Assembly (NCBI GenBank): GCA_951406725.2
Contig: OX597835.1
Coordinates: 35,216,001 to 35,280,000 of the forward strand
Source: Octopus vulgaris
Lineage: Eukaryota
Length of the DNA stretch: 64,000 nt
Direction of reading: 5' to 3'
Shown: in pieces, positions 44,566 to 56,649 of the stretch
How positions within the stretch are numbered: position 1 is the first letter of the stretch
How the letters are laid out: the number at the start of each line of letters is the position of its first letter
Made by a program: the position numbers and the translations under genes
Notes under the pieces: model-generated
The model's input: the letters and a program-made list of their open reading frames with translations, nothing else
Told to the model about the DNA's origin: nothing
Databases searched by the model: none

Positions 44566-44885
44566 TACATGCAACGTCACCTGTGGTCGCACAGTGAACT
44601 AAATTCGCAGCCAACGGGATTTCAAATTACTCTCGTAATCTACCCAGATTAACGAAGATGGCGGGGCCGTCAGTTGTCGGGAGCCTGAAACACAGGACCA
44701 CGGCTGTCCTTTTATTTTCAGATAATACACCTTAATGGCATATCAACTTTTGCAGATTTCTTAATTCTCGAGATTTTCTTCCCTTCCCAAGGGGAGATTG
44801 GATTAATTACCATTTGGAAATCATGGTACCTCCTCCAGAAATGGAGATGGTTTTATCAATTCTAAAATATATGTTCTAAAGTGTG

Positions 44886-44917
<32 letters not shown>

Positions 44918-44947
44918 TGTATGTATGTATGTATGTATGTATGTATG

Positions 44948-44979
<32 letters not shown>

Positions 44980-45261
44980 GGTTTTAGTTGCCAATTCTGT
45001 ACAAGACATTGTAGATCTTTAGCTGGGCTAAAAAGTCACATTCGATCACAGCACCAATAACAGTTAAGCTTCGTGCAATGGCCATACTCGATAACGAGGG
45101 GGCAGCAATAGTGTTTGTATGTATATATGTAGGTATATGCGCGTGTGTGTACGTGTGTATGTATGTATGTAGGTATATGCGCGTGTGTGTACGTGTGTGT
45201 ATGTGTGTGTATATGTGTGTGCGTGTGTGCGTGTGTGTGTATGTATAGGTATGTGTATATC

Positions 45262-45425
45262 GGCGCAAGCGTTGTTATGTGGTAAGAAACTTGCTTCTCA
45301 ACTACATGGTTCTGGGTTCTGTTCCACTGCATGGCACCTTGAGCAAGTGTCTTCTTCTGAAGCCACGGGCCGATCCAAGTCTTGTGAGTAGATTTGGTAG
45401 AGGGAAACTGAAAGAAGCCCGTCGT

Positions 45426-45457
<32 letters not shown>

Positions 45458-46196
45458 GTATGTGTGTGTATGTGTGTGTGTGTGTGTGTGTGTTTGTGTC
45501 CGTCAACCGCTCGACAACCGAACCGGTGTTAGTGTATTTACACCCCCGTAAGTTAGCGGTTCAGCAAAAAGCGTAATAGAATAAGTGCCAGACTTAAAAA
45601 GATAAACTGACGTCGATTGATTTGATTAAAAACTCTTTAAGGTGCTGCCCCAGCATGGCCGCAATCTAATGACTGAAACAAGTAAAAGATAGAAAAACTA
45701 TAAATTATGCCTTTTATCTTGTTTCAGTCATTAGACTACGGCCAAACTGGGGCACCGCCTTAAGTGGTTTTATCTAACAAATCGATCCCAAGACATTTTA
45801 AAGTCTAGGTATTTTTTCTATACGTCTTATTTTTTGTCGTACCGCTATGTCACAGGGATGTAAACAAACCAGCATCCGTTGTTAGGTAGTGGTGGGTTAC
45901 GAAGACAACACAAACACAAGGATAAACACACGTACATACACACGCACACACACATACACACAACCATACATACACACAGACACACAAACATATATATACT
46001 TTTACTCTTTACTCTTTTACCTGTTTCAGTCATTTGACTGCGGCCATGCTGGAGCACTGCCTTTAATCGAGCAACTCGACCCCGGGACTTATTCTTTTGT
46101 AAGCCCAGTCTCTTTTTGCCGAACCGCTAAGTGACGGGGACGTAAACACACCAGCATCGGTTGTCAAGCAATGCTAGGGGGACAAACACACACACA

Positions 46197-46266
<70 letters not shown>

Positions 46267-46421
46267 TACGACAGGCTTCTTTCAGTTTCCGTCTACCAAA
46301 TCCACTCACAAGGCATTGGTCGGCCCGGGGCTATAGCAGAAGACACTTGCCCAAGGTGCCACGTAGTGGGACTGAACCCAGAACCATGTGGTTAGTAAGC
46401 AAGCTACTTACCATACAGCCA

Positions 46422-46502
<81 letters not shown>

Positions 46503-46940
46503 CTTTTACTTGTTTCACTCATTTGACTGCAGCCATGGACTTATTCTTTGTAAACCAAGTATTTATTCTATCATACTCTTTTGTTGAACCGCTACATTAC
46601 GGGGACATAAACTCACCATCATCGGTTATCGAGCGATGGTGGGGGTATAGTTTCCGTCTACCAAATCCACTCACAAGGCTTTGGTCAGATGTAGGCTCTA
46701 GTGGAAGACACTTGCCCAAGGTGCCACGCAGCGGGACTGAACCCGGAAACGTGACTGGGTAGCAAGTTTCTTACCACACAGCCACACCTATATATACGAC
46801 GGGTTTCTGTCTATTAAATCTACTGACAAGGATTTGGTAGGCTCGACGCTATAGTAGAAGACAAGCCCAAGGTGGTACGCAGTGGGATCGAACTTGGAAC
46901 TTTGTGGTTAGGAAGCAAGCTTGTTACCACACTGCCACAC
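45262..46940. mobile_element. Cluster of about five family A SINE copies (45262-45690 +; 45712-45900, 46000-46424, 46500-46790, 46795-46940 -)
   Basis: Repeated consensus blocks AAGACACTTGCCCAAGGTGCCACGCAGTGGGACTGAACC and CTTGTTTCAGTCATTTGACTGCGGCCATG. Confidence 0.85.
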
Positions 46941-46996
46941 ACATATATATGTATGCATGTATGCATGAATATATATATATATATATATATATATGA

Positions 46997-47199
46997 TAGA
47001 TCGTTAGCCACTACACACATTTTTTCTCTCCTTTTTTTTTTCTCCTTGTTTCTCTCCTTGTTTTTTTCTGTGTCCCTTTCTGTAGAAGTGCGTAAGTTCG
47101 AAACGTAAAAGACTTTTTCTATTCCTGAGCGTTATACTAATACATCTGTTTGTTTTGTACACCACCTGTCTTCGTCCTTTTGTTTTTTTCGTAAACTCT

Positions 47200-47202
<3 letters not shown>
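46997..47202 (+). mobile_element. pLTR-like mini-element between (TA)n tracts with a decayed hammerhead-like motif (47072-47113)
   Basis: Colinear with 32348-32532. CTTT-CTGTAGA-A-GTGC gtaa GTTC-GAAACGT-A-AAAG. Confidence 0.65.
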
Positions 47203-47253
<51 letters not shown>

Positions 47254-47254
47254 T

Positions 47255-47309
<55 letters not shown>

Positions 47310-47491
47310 ACATACATACATACATACATACATACATACATACATACATACATACATACATACACACATACATACATACATACATGCATATTGTCAATCC
47401 AAACAAGGACAAAGAAGAAAAGCAACAACGTGAGGACGTGGTTCAAGTACTGTGTTATTGGACGCTCAGGAAAGGAAAGAAAAGAAAGAGG

Positions 47492-47526
47492 ATTTCATGT
47501 TTCGAGCGGAGCTCTTCTTCAGAAAT
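47492..47526 (-). ncRNA. Degenerate minimal hammerhead (C3:G8) in a related pLTR-like element (47400-47592)
   Basis: Minus strand ATTT-CTGAAGA-A-GAGC tcc GCTC-GAAACAT-G-AAAT. Position 17 is G, so it is probably inactive. Confidence 0.6.
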
Positions 47527-48954
47527 ATAGAATAAGTCCAAAGAAGGGAAGACGGAGAAAGAAAAAAATCGCCAACGATACACACGCGGTCAAGTCTATG
47601 TGTATATCTGTTTGTATTCTTGTTTATCTTTTACCATCGCTTTTTAACCGGTGTTGTTTTGGTTTCGTCATCTTAACTTAGGTTTCTAGATAGATCGTTA
47701 CAATAAGTACCAGACTAATTTGTTTTATAATAATAATAATAATAAATCCAAAATATGAGTGGGTGGGTGTGGCGCGGTCAATTTATTCGACTTAATCGTC
47801 TTCAAAACCGAGCCGTACCCTCAGTATGGCTGCAGTCCAATGAGTGATACATGTAAAAGACAAAAGACAGAAGATGAAACAAATTAGAGTGTTTAAAAGA
47901 AAAGAAAAAAACCCAAACAAACAAGTAGAAGCAAACTCGTGGGTGGGTACCTAGGTGGTAGGTGGTCATTTAATGCGACTAAAAATTCTGGACACTGCAT
48001 TGACCTACTGGCAAATACAACGAACCACTTAAGCATTAAATGGAGTTTATATTTGGCAAATCAAAATTCTTAATATGCACCGATCTATTATTTATTAACT
48101 TGCAGATAAGCTCGGATTACACGCCTGCTGCTGTTTTCTTTCTTCTCTATTTAAGAACACTACGTCATAAGATAATCCTGAGTGGTGGCGGTTGTTGTTG
48201 TTGTTGTTGTGGTTGTTGTTGTAGTTGCTGTTGTTGTGGTCATTGTCGTGGTTGTTGCTGTTTTTTGTAGTGATGGCGGTGGTGGTGGTGGTGGCGGCGG
48301 CGGCGGGTGATTGTGGTGGTGGTGGTGGTTCGGATGGTGATATTGGTGGTGATGGTGGTTGGGTGGTTGGGTGGTGGTGGGTGGTGGTGGCGGTGTTGGT
48401 GATGGTGGTGGGTGGAAGTAAGAGCAGCAACAAAATAAAGCAGCAACTAACAACAAACAAAAATACCACCACCACCACCACCACCACCACCACCACCATA
48501 GCCACAACCATCACTGCTACTACGATCAACAACACAATCAGTAGCAATCCCACCGTCATCACCACTGCCACCACCATCATCACAACCACCCCACACAAAA
48601 AAAACACAATCTCCTGCACCGTAGCCATCACAAATGCCACCGCAACACCGCCCCCCCAGCCACCTTCACCGCCGCCACCGCATCACCACTCCCACCACCA
48701 TCGCCATCACCATCATTATCAACAGTAAGAACAAAATTATCGGAAAACAATGAGATTTTAAAGACGGATGATCTTGTTCAATTATTCGAGATATGTTGAT
48801 CTCTTTGATTTATACGCACAGACACGTATACACACACACGCACACATACACGCCTACACACGAACACACATATACATACAAGTATATAAATGCTTACACA
48901 CGTCCATGAGCACGCACGCACTTATGCACACGTATATATATCTAAATCTTTCAA

Positions 48955-49048
<94 letters not shown>

Positions 49049-49223
49049 TGTATGTATGTATGTATGTATGTATGTGTTACTAAGGGTGCTGAAGCACCTA
49101 CTTTGCAAAAGTAAGAGTTAAAATACTCTTAATGCTGAAAGAAGATCGCAAATATATATTTACTGACTTAGTGACGACTGAATTTTTCCCTTATGGTATC
49201 ACATTGCGCTCGGGTGTTTATAT

Positions 49224-49296
<73 letters not shown>

Positions 49297-49348
49297 ATAT
49301 AATATAATATAATATAATATAATATAATAAAATATAAATATTATATAA

Positions 49349-49382
<34 letters not shown>

Positions 49383-49392
49383 GCATATATTA

Positions 49393-49811
49393 GTACAGGA
49401 CATCAAAAAAACGTTGAATACAATGAGAAACGAAAACATAAAAACAAAAACATTGAAAACGAACTTTTTTTTTCGAACAACGAAAAAACAGAGGAACGAG
49501 AAAGCAACATAAAGAATATTCCCCTTCTTCAGTTGTCCATATATATACGATAAATTAAGTACCAGTTGCTTACTGGTTTCATCTAATCGACTGGCCCCCT
49601 CCCCGAAAATTTCGGGCCTTGTGCCTAGAGTCCTTGCCTTCGACCGCGGAGTAGATGAAACAGGGACAACTGAAGAAGGGGAATATTCTTATGTTGCATG
49701 TCTCGTTTCTCTTTTTGTTTTTTTCGTTGTTCGAAAAAAAATTTCATTTCTATGTTTTGTTTTTATGTTTTTGTTTCTCATTGTGTTCAACTTTTTTTTG
49801 ATGTCCTGTAC
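49393..49811. repeat. Diverged ~146-bp inverted repeat (pLTR-like) with a SINE fragment in the spacer
   Basis: 49393-49538 versus 49664-49811 (GTACAGGACATCAAAAAAA...GAATATTCCCCTTCTTCAGTTGTCC). Related sequence at 33576-33745. Confidence 0.75.
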
Positions 49812-49979
49812 CCATATATGCAAACAATGTCCGGCTTCTCACGTTTAAACTTGACAGATGTTTTGATAGGAATGTTTCACCAGCATTCCTTATCTTGATG
49901 TTTGAGAATGTATTCAATAGCAAAGAAGTTCCGTGTATTTATTCCGGAATAGTATTTCTCCCAAGTGGCTTTGTATATT

Positions 49980-50215
49980 TATTTCTTTATTGCCCACAAG
50001 GCGCTAAACATAGAGGGGACAAACAAGGACAGACAAACGGATCAAGTCGATGACATCGACCACAGTGCGTAACTGGTACTTAATTTATCGACCTCGAAAG
50101 GATTAAAGGCAAAGTCAACCTCGGCGGAATTTGAACTCAGAACGTAACGAGAGACGTAACGGCAGACGAAATACTGCTAAGCATTTTGCCCGGCATTCTG
50201 CCAGCTCGTCGCCTT
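49980..50215 (-). mobile_element. Family B SINE with 17-bp TSD
   Basis: AAGTGGCTTTGTATATT on both sides. Confidence 0.9.
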
Positions 50216-50950
50216 ACAAAGTGGCTTTGTATATTGTTTTTGCGACAACGTCGAGTCGCATGGCGAGCTGCTAATCTTATGTGTGATGTCTTCCACAGAA
50301 ATATGACAGATCTACATTTTCGGTCACATCATGATGCTGCAATGGATTTACAAACTCTTTTATTTGCTAGAATTGCAGATGCCTAGCTTTCGAAGTACGA
50401 TGTGACGTAGCGATCAAGATCCAAGAGAAGATGCTCTTTAAGTCGATATTATTGTTTTCTTCAAGTCTTTGGGAAGCCTACACGTGCATAGTCCGTGTTT
50501 TGGTATGTCGAGAGTTTAACATCCTGATGTCATTGAGGGATGATATTCTAGCTGCCTTGGGTTGTTAGGGAGGTCGTTAGTAAGAGAATGCTTCCTTAGG
50601 AAGAAGCTGTCCTCTTCACAGTCCGGCACTAAGTTTATGTATTTATTGTTGTAGTAATAGTACTGTATCAACACTGGTACTGCAAATGCATTGTGGGATA
50701 TTGTCTTGTTCTAAGGGGAGAATTCCGACAGCCAAATGTATGTATGGATGTCATTATTCAGTTTTCTGTCAAGATTTCTCGCCAATAAAGAAAGAGTCGT
50801 TTTCTTACCTAGATCCAGGGCTCCTTCATTGGAATTTCGCCAGACATCAACAGGGCATTTTTGTATGTATGAATGTATATATGCAGAGTTGTATATTTTG
50901 TTTTATATATGTATTCTCATGCACACAGTTGCTCATCTTGACATGCTCAC

Positions 50951-50981
<31 letters not shown>

Positions 50982-51033
50982 TGTATGTATGTATGTATGT
51001 ATGTATGTATGTATGTATGTATGTACGTATGTC

Positions 51034-51638
51034 AGAAATTAAAGAAAGAAAACGCACACACTTTACATAGTTATAATATTTTTAATATATTTTATATTGT
51101 GTTTGTCAACCGGTTTCACTTTCGGTAATCATGAGATTAAAATTTATAATACGTATTTTCTTCCCCATCTACAAGTGCAAAGATACAATTTCTATACAAG
51201 AACGTTTAAATAAAGAAAATTTATTCATCGAAAAATACAGAACACGTCTAAATAGACACGTTAACAGACTTTGATTTCTATGCACATTTTAATCAAAGAT
51301 TACATATCCATCACTGCACATATTTCTCCCCACTACTCTTGTTTCTGAATTTTTGTGTCTATATATTATTCCCTCCTCCCCACCGAAAGGTAAACAATTA
51401 TCTCTCCTATTCACAATAATAATGATAACCAATTACCGCCCCCTTAGATTTTCTACTTGTTGAATCATTCATTCATAAACTCCACGCACAACATGGACAA
51501 ACAATTTTTTTATGTATTTAAATAAATTTTAATGTCATGATTAGCGAAGGCGAAACCGGTTAACAAAAATAATATAAAATATATTAAAAATTATATTAAG
51601 ACTATGTAAAGTGTATGCATTTTCCTTCTTTAATTTCT
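51034..51638. mobile_element. Element with diverged ~110-bp inverted ends, each carrying an A3:U8 hammerhead-like motif
   Basis: 51034-51147 is the imperfect reverse complement of 51523-51638. Confidence 0.7.
51533..51565 (+). ncRNA. Minimal type-I hammerhead-like motif with A3:U8 core (sister copy on minus strand at 51104-51136)
   Basis: TGTC-ATGATTA-GC gaag GC-GAAACCGGT-T-AACA. The minus copy reads TCTC-ATGATTA-CC gaaa GT-GAAACCGGT-T-GACA, so the two-copy consensus helix I is TGTC/GACA. Confidence 0.55.
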
Positions 51639-51737
51639 TATATTATTTTCCTTCTTAAATTCCTCCTTTCTGCTACTATATATATATATATATATCTTCA
51701 GCTTAATTTAACATCTTGGGAAAATTATTACCTAGAT

Positions 51738-51997
51738 CAGTGGTCGGCGAACCCCAACTGGGGTAAAAATGAAATTCTTGCTGGAAATGAAGACCCATTA
51801 GACAAAATTACATAAAAAATGTGTTCCTTGTTGCGACAGAAATTTTCTTTGTGGCATCACTGCATTTGTCCAAAGTAATGGACGTGTAAATAGATTCAAT
51901 TTTGAATTCAAAGAATATATGATTTTCTTCCTTTAAAATAAAGCGGGTAAATAAATATATTTTGGGGTAATTGATTAAAAATGTTGCCTGAACCCTG
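51738..51997. mobile_element. Old hAT (Charlie-like) MITE, mirrored at ~52976-53235
   Basis: CAGTGGTCGGCGAACCCC...GTTGCCTGAACCCTG termini, degenerate 8-bp TSD ACCTAGAT / AGCTAGAA. Confidence 0.6.
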
Positions 51998-52172
51998 AGC
52001 TAGAAGAATCAGTGGCGTAAAATGTGTTGCATCTAAACAATTTAAGTCAAAGAAACGGAACAATAAAAGGATTCTATCCTGCTATCTAGAGTCACGTTTG
52101 TCCAATCTAAGGTAAAATCAAAATAATCGGTGTCCCCATTGTGACTTCATAACAAGATCCATACCTGGACTC

Positions 52173-52233
<61 letters not shown>

Positions 52234-52242
52234 CATACATAC

Positions 52243-52340
<98 letters not shown>

Positions 52341-52394
52341 CATATGTATGTATGCATGTATGTATGTATGCATGTATGTATGTATGTATGTATA

Positions 52395-52779
52395 TCTCTC
52401 TCTATATAAACGGGTGTTTGTCTGTGCGTGTTTCTGTGTGTCTGTTTGCTTGTACCCTCACCCTGACCACGGCTTTCAACCGATTCTGATGAAACTTGAC
52501 ACACACATAGCCCAATGCCATAATTCAAAACTAACGCAGCGAAAATTTTGAAAAGTTCCCCCAGTTCTGAAAAAAATCGATAAATTCGACATGGGGTCTA
52601 GAATCAGAAACACGAACCACAAACTGTCTAGGGGACGCAACTCCACCTTTTTTAAATCTCAAAAAACAATTTACCATAATTTTTTTCCATTTTTTTGCTA
52701 TTTTTTGGCTATAACTCTCTAAAAATACTTTATAGTTATTTCCCTTACAAACCTGAGCAACGCCGGGCGATACTGCTAG
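52395..52779 (+). mobile_element. Non-autonomous Helitron
   Basis: A|TCTCTCTCTATATAAA 5' end, subterminal hairpin CCTGAGCAACGCCGGG, 3' end CTAG|T, no TSD. Confidence 0.8.
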
Positions 52780-53275
52780 TATATATATATATATATATAC
52801 GAGTCCAGGTATGGATCTTGTTATGAAGTCACAATGAGGACACCGATTATTTTGATTTTACCTTAGATTGGACAAACGTGACTCTAGATAGCAGGATAGA
52901 ATCCTTTTATTGTTCCGTTTCTTTGACTTAAATTGTTTAGATGCAACGCATTTTACGCCACTGATTCTTCTAGCTCAGGGTTCAGGCAACATTTTTAATC
53001 AATTACCCCAAAATATATTTATTTACCCGCTTTATGTTAAGGGAAGAAAATCATATATTCTTTGAATTCAAAATTGAATCTATTTACACGCCCATTACTT
53101 TGGACAAATGCAGTGATGCCACAAAGAAAATTTCTGTCGCAACAAGGAACACATTTTTTATGTAATTTTGTCTAATGGGTCTTCATTTCCAGCAAGAATT
53201 TCATTTTTACCCCAGTTGGGGTTCGCCGACCACTGATCTAGGTAATAATTTTCCCAAGATGTTAAATTAAGCTGA

Positions 53276-53322
<47 letters not shown>

Positions 53323-53394
53323 CATATATATATATATGATGCTTTTCTCTCTATATATACATACATATATATGTATGTATCTATGTATGTATGC

Positions 53395-53566
<172 letters not shown>

Positions 53567-53785
53567 AAGCATATATACGTATATATGTATGTTTTTATGT
53601 CTGTGTGTATCTTAGTGTGCATATATGTATCAGTGTTACAATAGGTGCGTACATACAACCACAGACACCAGTTTATATATTTTCACACGCTCACACACAC
53701 ACACACACACACACGAACACTCATGCACACACATCAATGTGATATAGTATTGCTCTCTCTATCTCTATAAACCTATCAATGTATG

Positions 53786-53818
<33 letters not shown>

Positions 53819-53866
53819 TTCCATATATATATATAATATATATACATATATATAACATATACTCCC

Positions 53867-53897
<31 letters not shown>

Positions 53898-53983
53898 GCA
53901 TACAGGCATATACACATGCGCACCCTCATGCATATATATCCCTTACATATATAAATATATATATATATATGTATGTGTGTGTG

Positions 53984-54015
<32 letters not shown>

Positions 54016-54129
54016 AATATACAAACATACTTACAGATAAATGCCAACACATATATACATTCATGATATACATATTCATGCAAACACACTCACTCACAAA
54101 CACATGCACACACACACACACACACACAT

Positions 54130-54168
<39 letters not shown>

Positions 54169-54218
54169 CTCCCTCTCTTTCCTGCTCACTCTCTCTCTCT
54201 CCCGGTCCCTCTATCTTA

Positions 54219-54252
<34 letters not shown>

Positions 54253-54283
54253 GTTTCTCTCTCTCAGTTTCTCTCTCTCGCTT

Positions 54284-54314
<31 letters not shown>

Positions 54315-54728
54315 CTCTCTTTCTCTCTCTCTCTCTCACACACACACGCTTACACATATCCACATATCTCGTCCCCTCCCTTCCACTTCCGCCCAGATAC
54401 ATATATTCCAAAAATGTAATGATGCCGGTTGTTGTTAATTATTAATTTATGAAAAATTAATTAAAACAGTGTTGAGTACGTGACAAAACTGTTCAATTGA
54501 TTGTGTTCGAGCATTGGAAGAAGATCGTTGCAGCTTTCTCACTGATGATTTAATTAAGAATATTATAAGAAAAATGTTGTCAGTCTTCAAAAGGTTTCAC
54601 TGTTATGGAGGAGAAAAAAAAAGAATTATATATTTTCTTTGGTGAAATATTATTTAACATGTCTTTCTGTTTCACTCATCTCCTTCCTTTCTCTCGCTTT
54701 TTCTTAGCATGTGCGTTTCTGCGTGAAC

Positions 54729-54759
<31 letters not shown>

Positions 54760-54761
54760 TG

Positions 54762-54799
<38 letters not shown>

Positions 54800-54918
54800 T
54801 GTGTGTGTGTGTGTGTGCGTATTTCCTGAGCTATGATTTGAGTGAAAGCGTGAGTAGTTAGTTTAAAGTCAAAATGTTTATAGATAAATGTCTATGTATG
54901 TATGTATGTATGTATCTG

Positions 54919-55131
<213 letters not shown>

Positions 55132-55152
55132 ATATCTATCTATCTATCTATA

Positions 55153-55228
<76 letters not shown>

Positions 55229-55456
55229 CATCCATTTATCTATCTGCCTGCCATCATCATGTGGCTTGTGTTTGTCTCTTCAGCAACGCTTGACAACCGA
55301 TGCTGTTGTGTTTACGTCCCCGTAATCTAGCGGTTCGGCAAAAGAGACCGATTCAATAAGTACTAGGCTTACAATAATTCCTGGGGTCGATTTGCTCTAC
55401 TAAAAGAATATATATATATATATATGTATATATATATCTATATCTATATCTATATC

Positions 55457-55488
<32 letters not shown>

Positions 55489-55519
55489 TTTATATATATA
55501 TAAATTTAAAATGTGGGTA

Positions 55520-55637
55520 AGAAACTTGATGAGTCGGAACTTAATGAGTCAGAACTTATTGAGTCAGAACTTAATGAGTCAGAACTTAATGAGTCGGAAC
55601 TTAATGAGTCGGAACTTAATGAGTCAGAACTTAATAA
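55520..55637 (+). repeat. 15-bp minisatellite GAACTTAATGAGTC(A/G), ~7.5 copies
   Basis: Directly visible. Confidence 0.95.
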
Positions 55638-56028
55638 GGCCGACCTTAATGCTCGTCGCTCAGCTTGTCTCCTGCATTAGACAAGAACAATAAAACAACT
55701 TCAGAATTTTATTTTCGTTTCTAGAAAAAAAAACAGAATGCAATAATCGTATTCTGGTCATCCATACATGTAGCGCTCCGTTGTTTTGCGTACCCTGTAC
55801 GTCTTCGAGATTTGAGGGAATCTATATCCTCCAAATAGGAGAGAGTCTGGGGAAAGAAGTGGAAAGGGAAATCATTTTTAATATAGATTTACATGGAGAT
55901 AATTATGAATTCCATTCTGCTTGATTCTGCCAATTTTCTTCGCATATTTTTCCTAAGTCTTCATATTTTCTCCAATCAAATTATACTTATATATATATAG
56001 GTATATGCATTTATGTCTATATATACCT

Positions 56029-56067
<39 letters not shown>

Positions 56068-56109
56068 TTTATATACACAGCCACGTATATATCAATATGT
56101 ATTTAGACA

Positions 56110-56155
<46 letters not shown>

Positions 56156-56207
56156 AGAAATATTGAGTGTCTAAATCTCTCGTAGAGAGGTGTACGGTGG
56201 TGGAGCG

Positions 56208-56488
56208 ATATAATGGTTGTATACTGTCAATCTAACAAGAACGTGACAGTAGGGGGTACACCACCGTTATATAGCCCTAGGAGGCATCGAACGCCTCCTG
56301 ACAGCTTCGACACATTTTATCCTGTGTCCTTGGGGGTGTTTGTCTCCCCTTCGTATGTGTATATAAGGACACAGGATAAAATGTGTCGAAGCTGTGATGA
56401 GGCGTTCGATGCCTCCTAGGGCTATATAACGGTGGTGTACCCCCTACTGTCACGTTCTTGTTAGATTGACAGTATACAACCATTATAT
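56208..56488. repeat. Palindrome with 124-bp arms and 33-bp spacer, in an island between (TA)n tracts
   Basis: 56208-56331 is the reverse complement of 56365-56488 with 2 mismatches. Confidence 0.9.
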
Positions 56489-56604
56489 ATATATGTGTGT
56501 GTATATATATATATATATATATAACAAAGTGGAGTTCTGGGGTACCGCACGAGTGGAATTATATACGAAAGAAGGTTTGAAAATGCAATTTAAAAGATGT
56601 TTAT

Positions 56605-56649
56605 TTACTTTACCGGTTTCACTCTTTGGAAAAAGATTGTCAAAAGTAA
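56605..56649 (-). ncRNA. Minimal type-I hammerhead with U3:A8 core, GUA triplet
   Basis: Minus strand TTACTT-TTGACAA-T CTTTT tcca AAGAG T-GAAACCGGT-A-AAGTAA: 6-bp helix I, palindromic helix III ACCGGT. Confidence 0.75.

Larger units (their letters stand above)
51696..53277. repeat. 478-bp inverted duplication (51696-52173 / 52800-53277), all four ends bounded by (TA)n
   Basis: Arms are reverse complements with about 5 mismatches by eye. Confidence 0.9.

Noticed and set aside
49636-49685. Permuted hammerhead-like order (GA..GTA...CTGAAGAAGG), also at 33697-33745 on the minus strand
   Set aside because: Helix I cannot be paired and GAAA is damaged in one copy, so it is not supportable without a family consensus.
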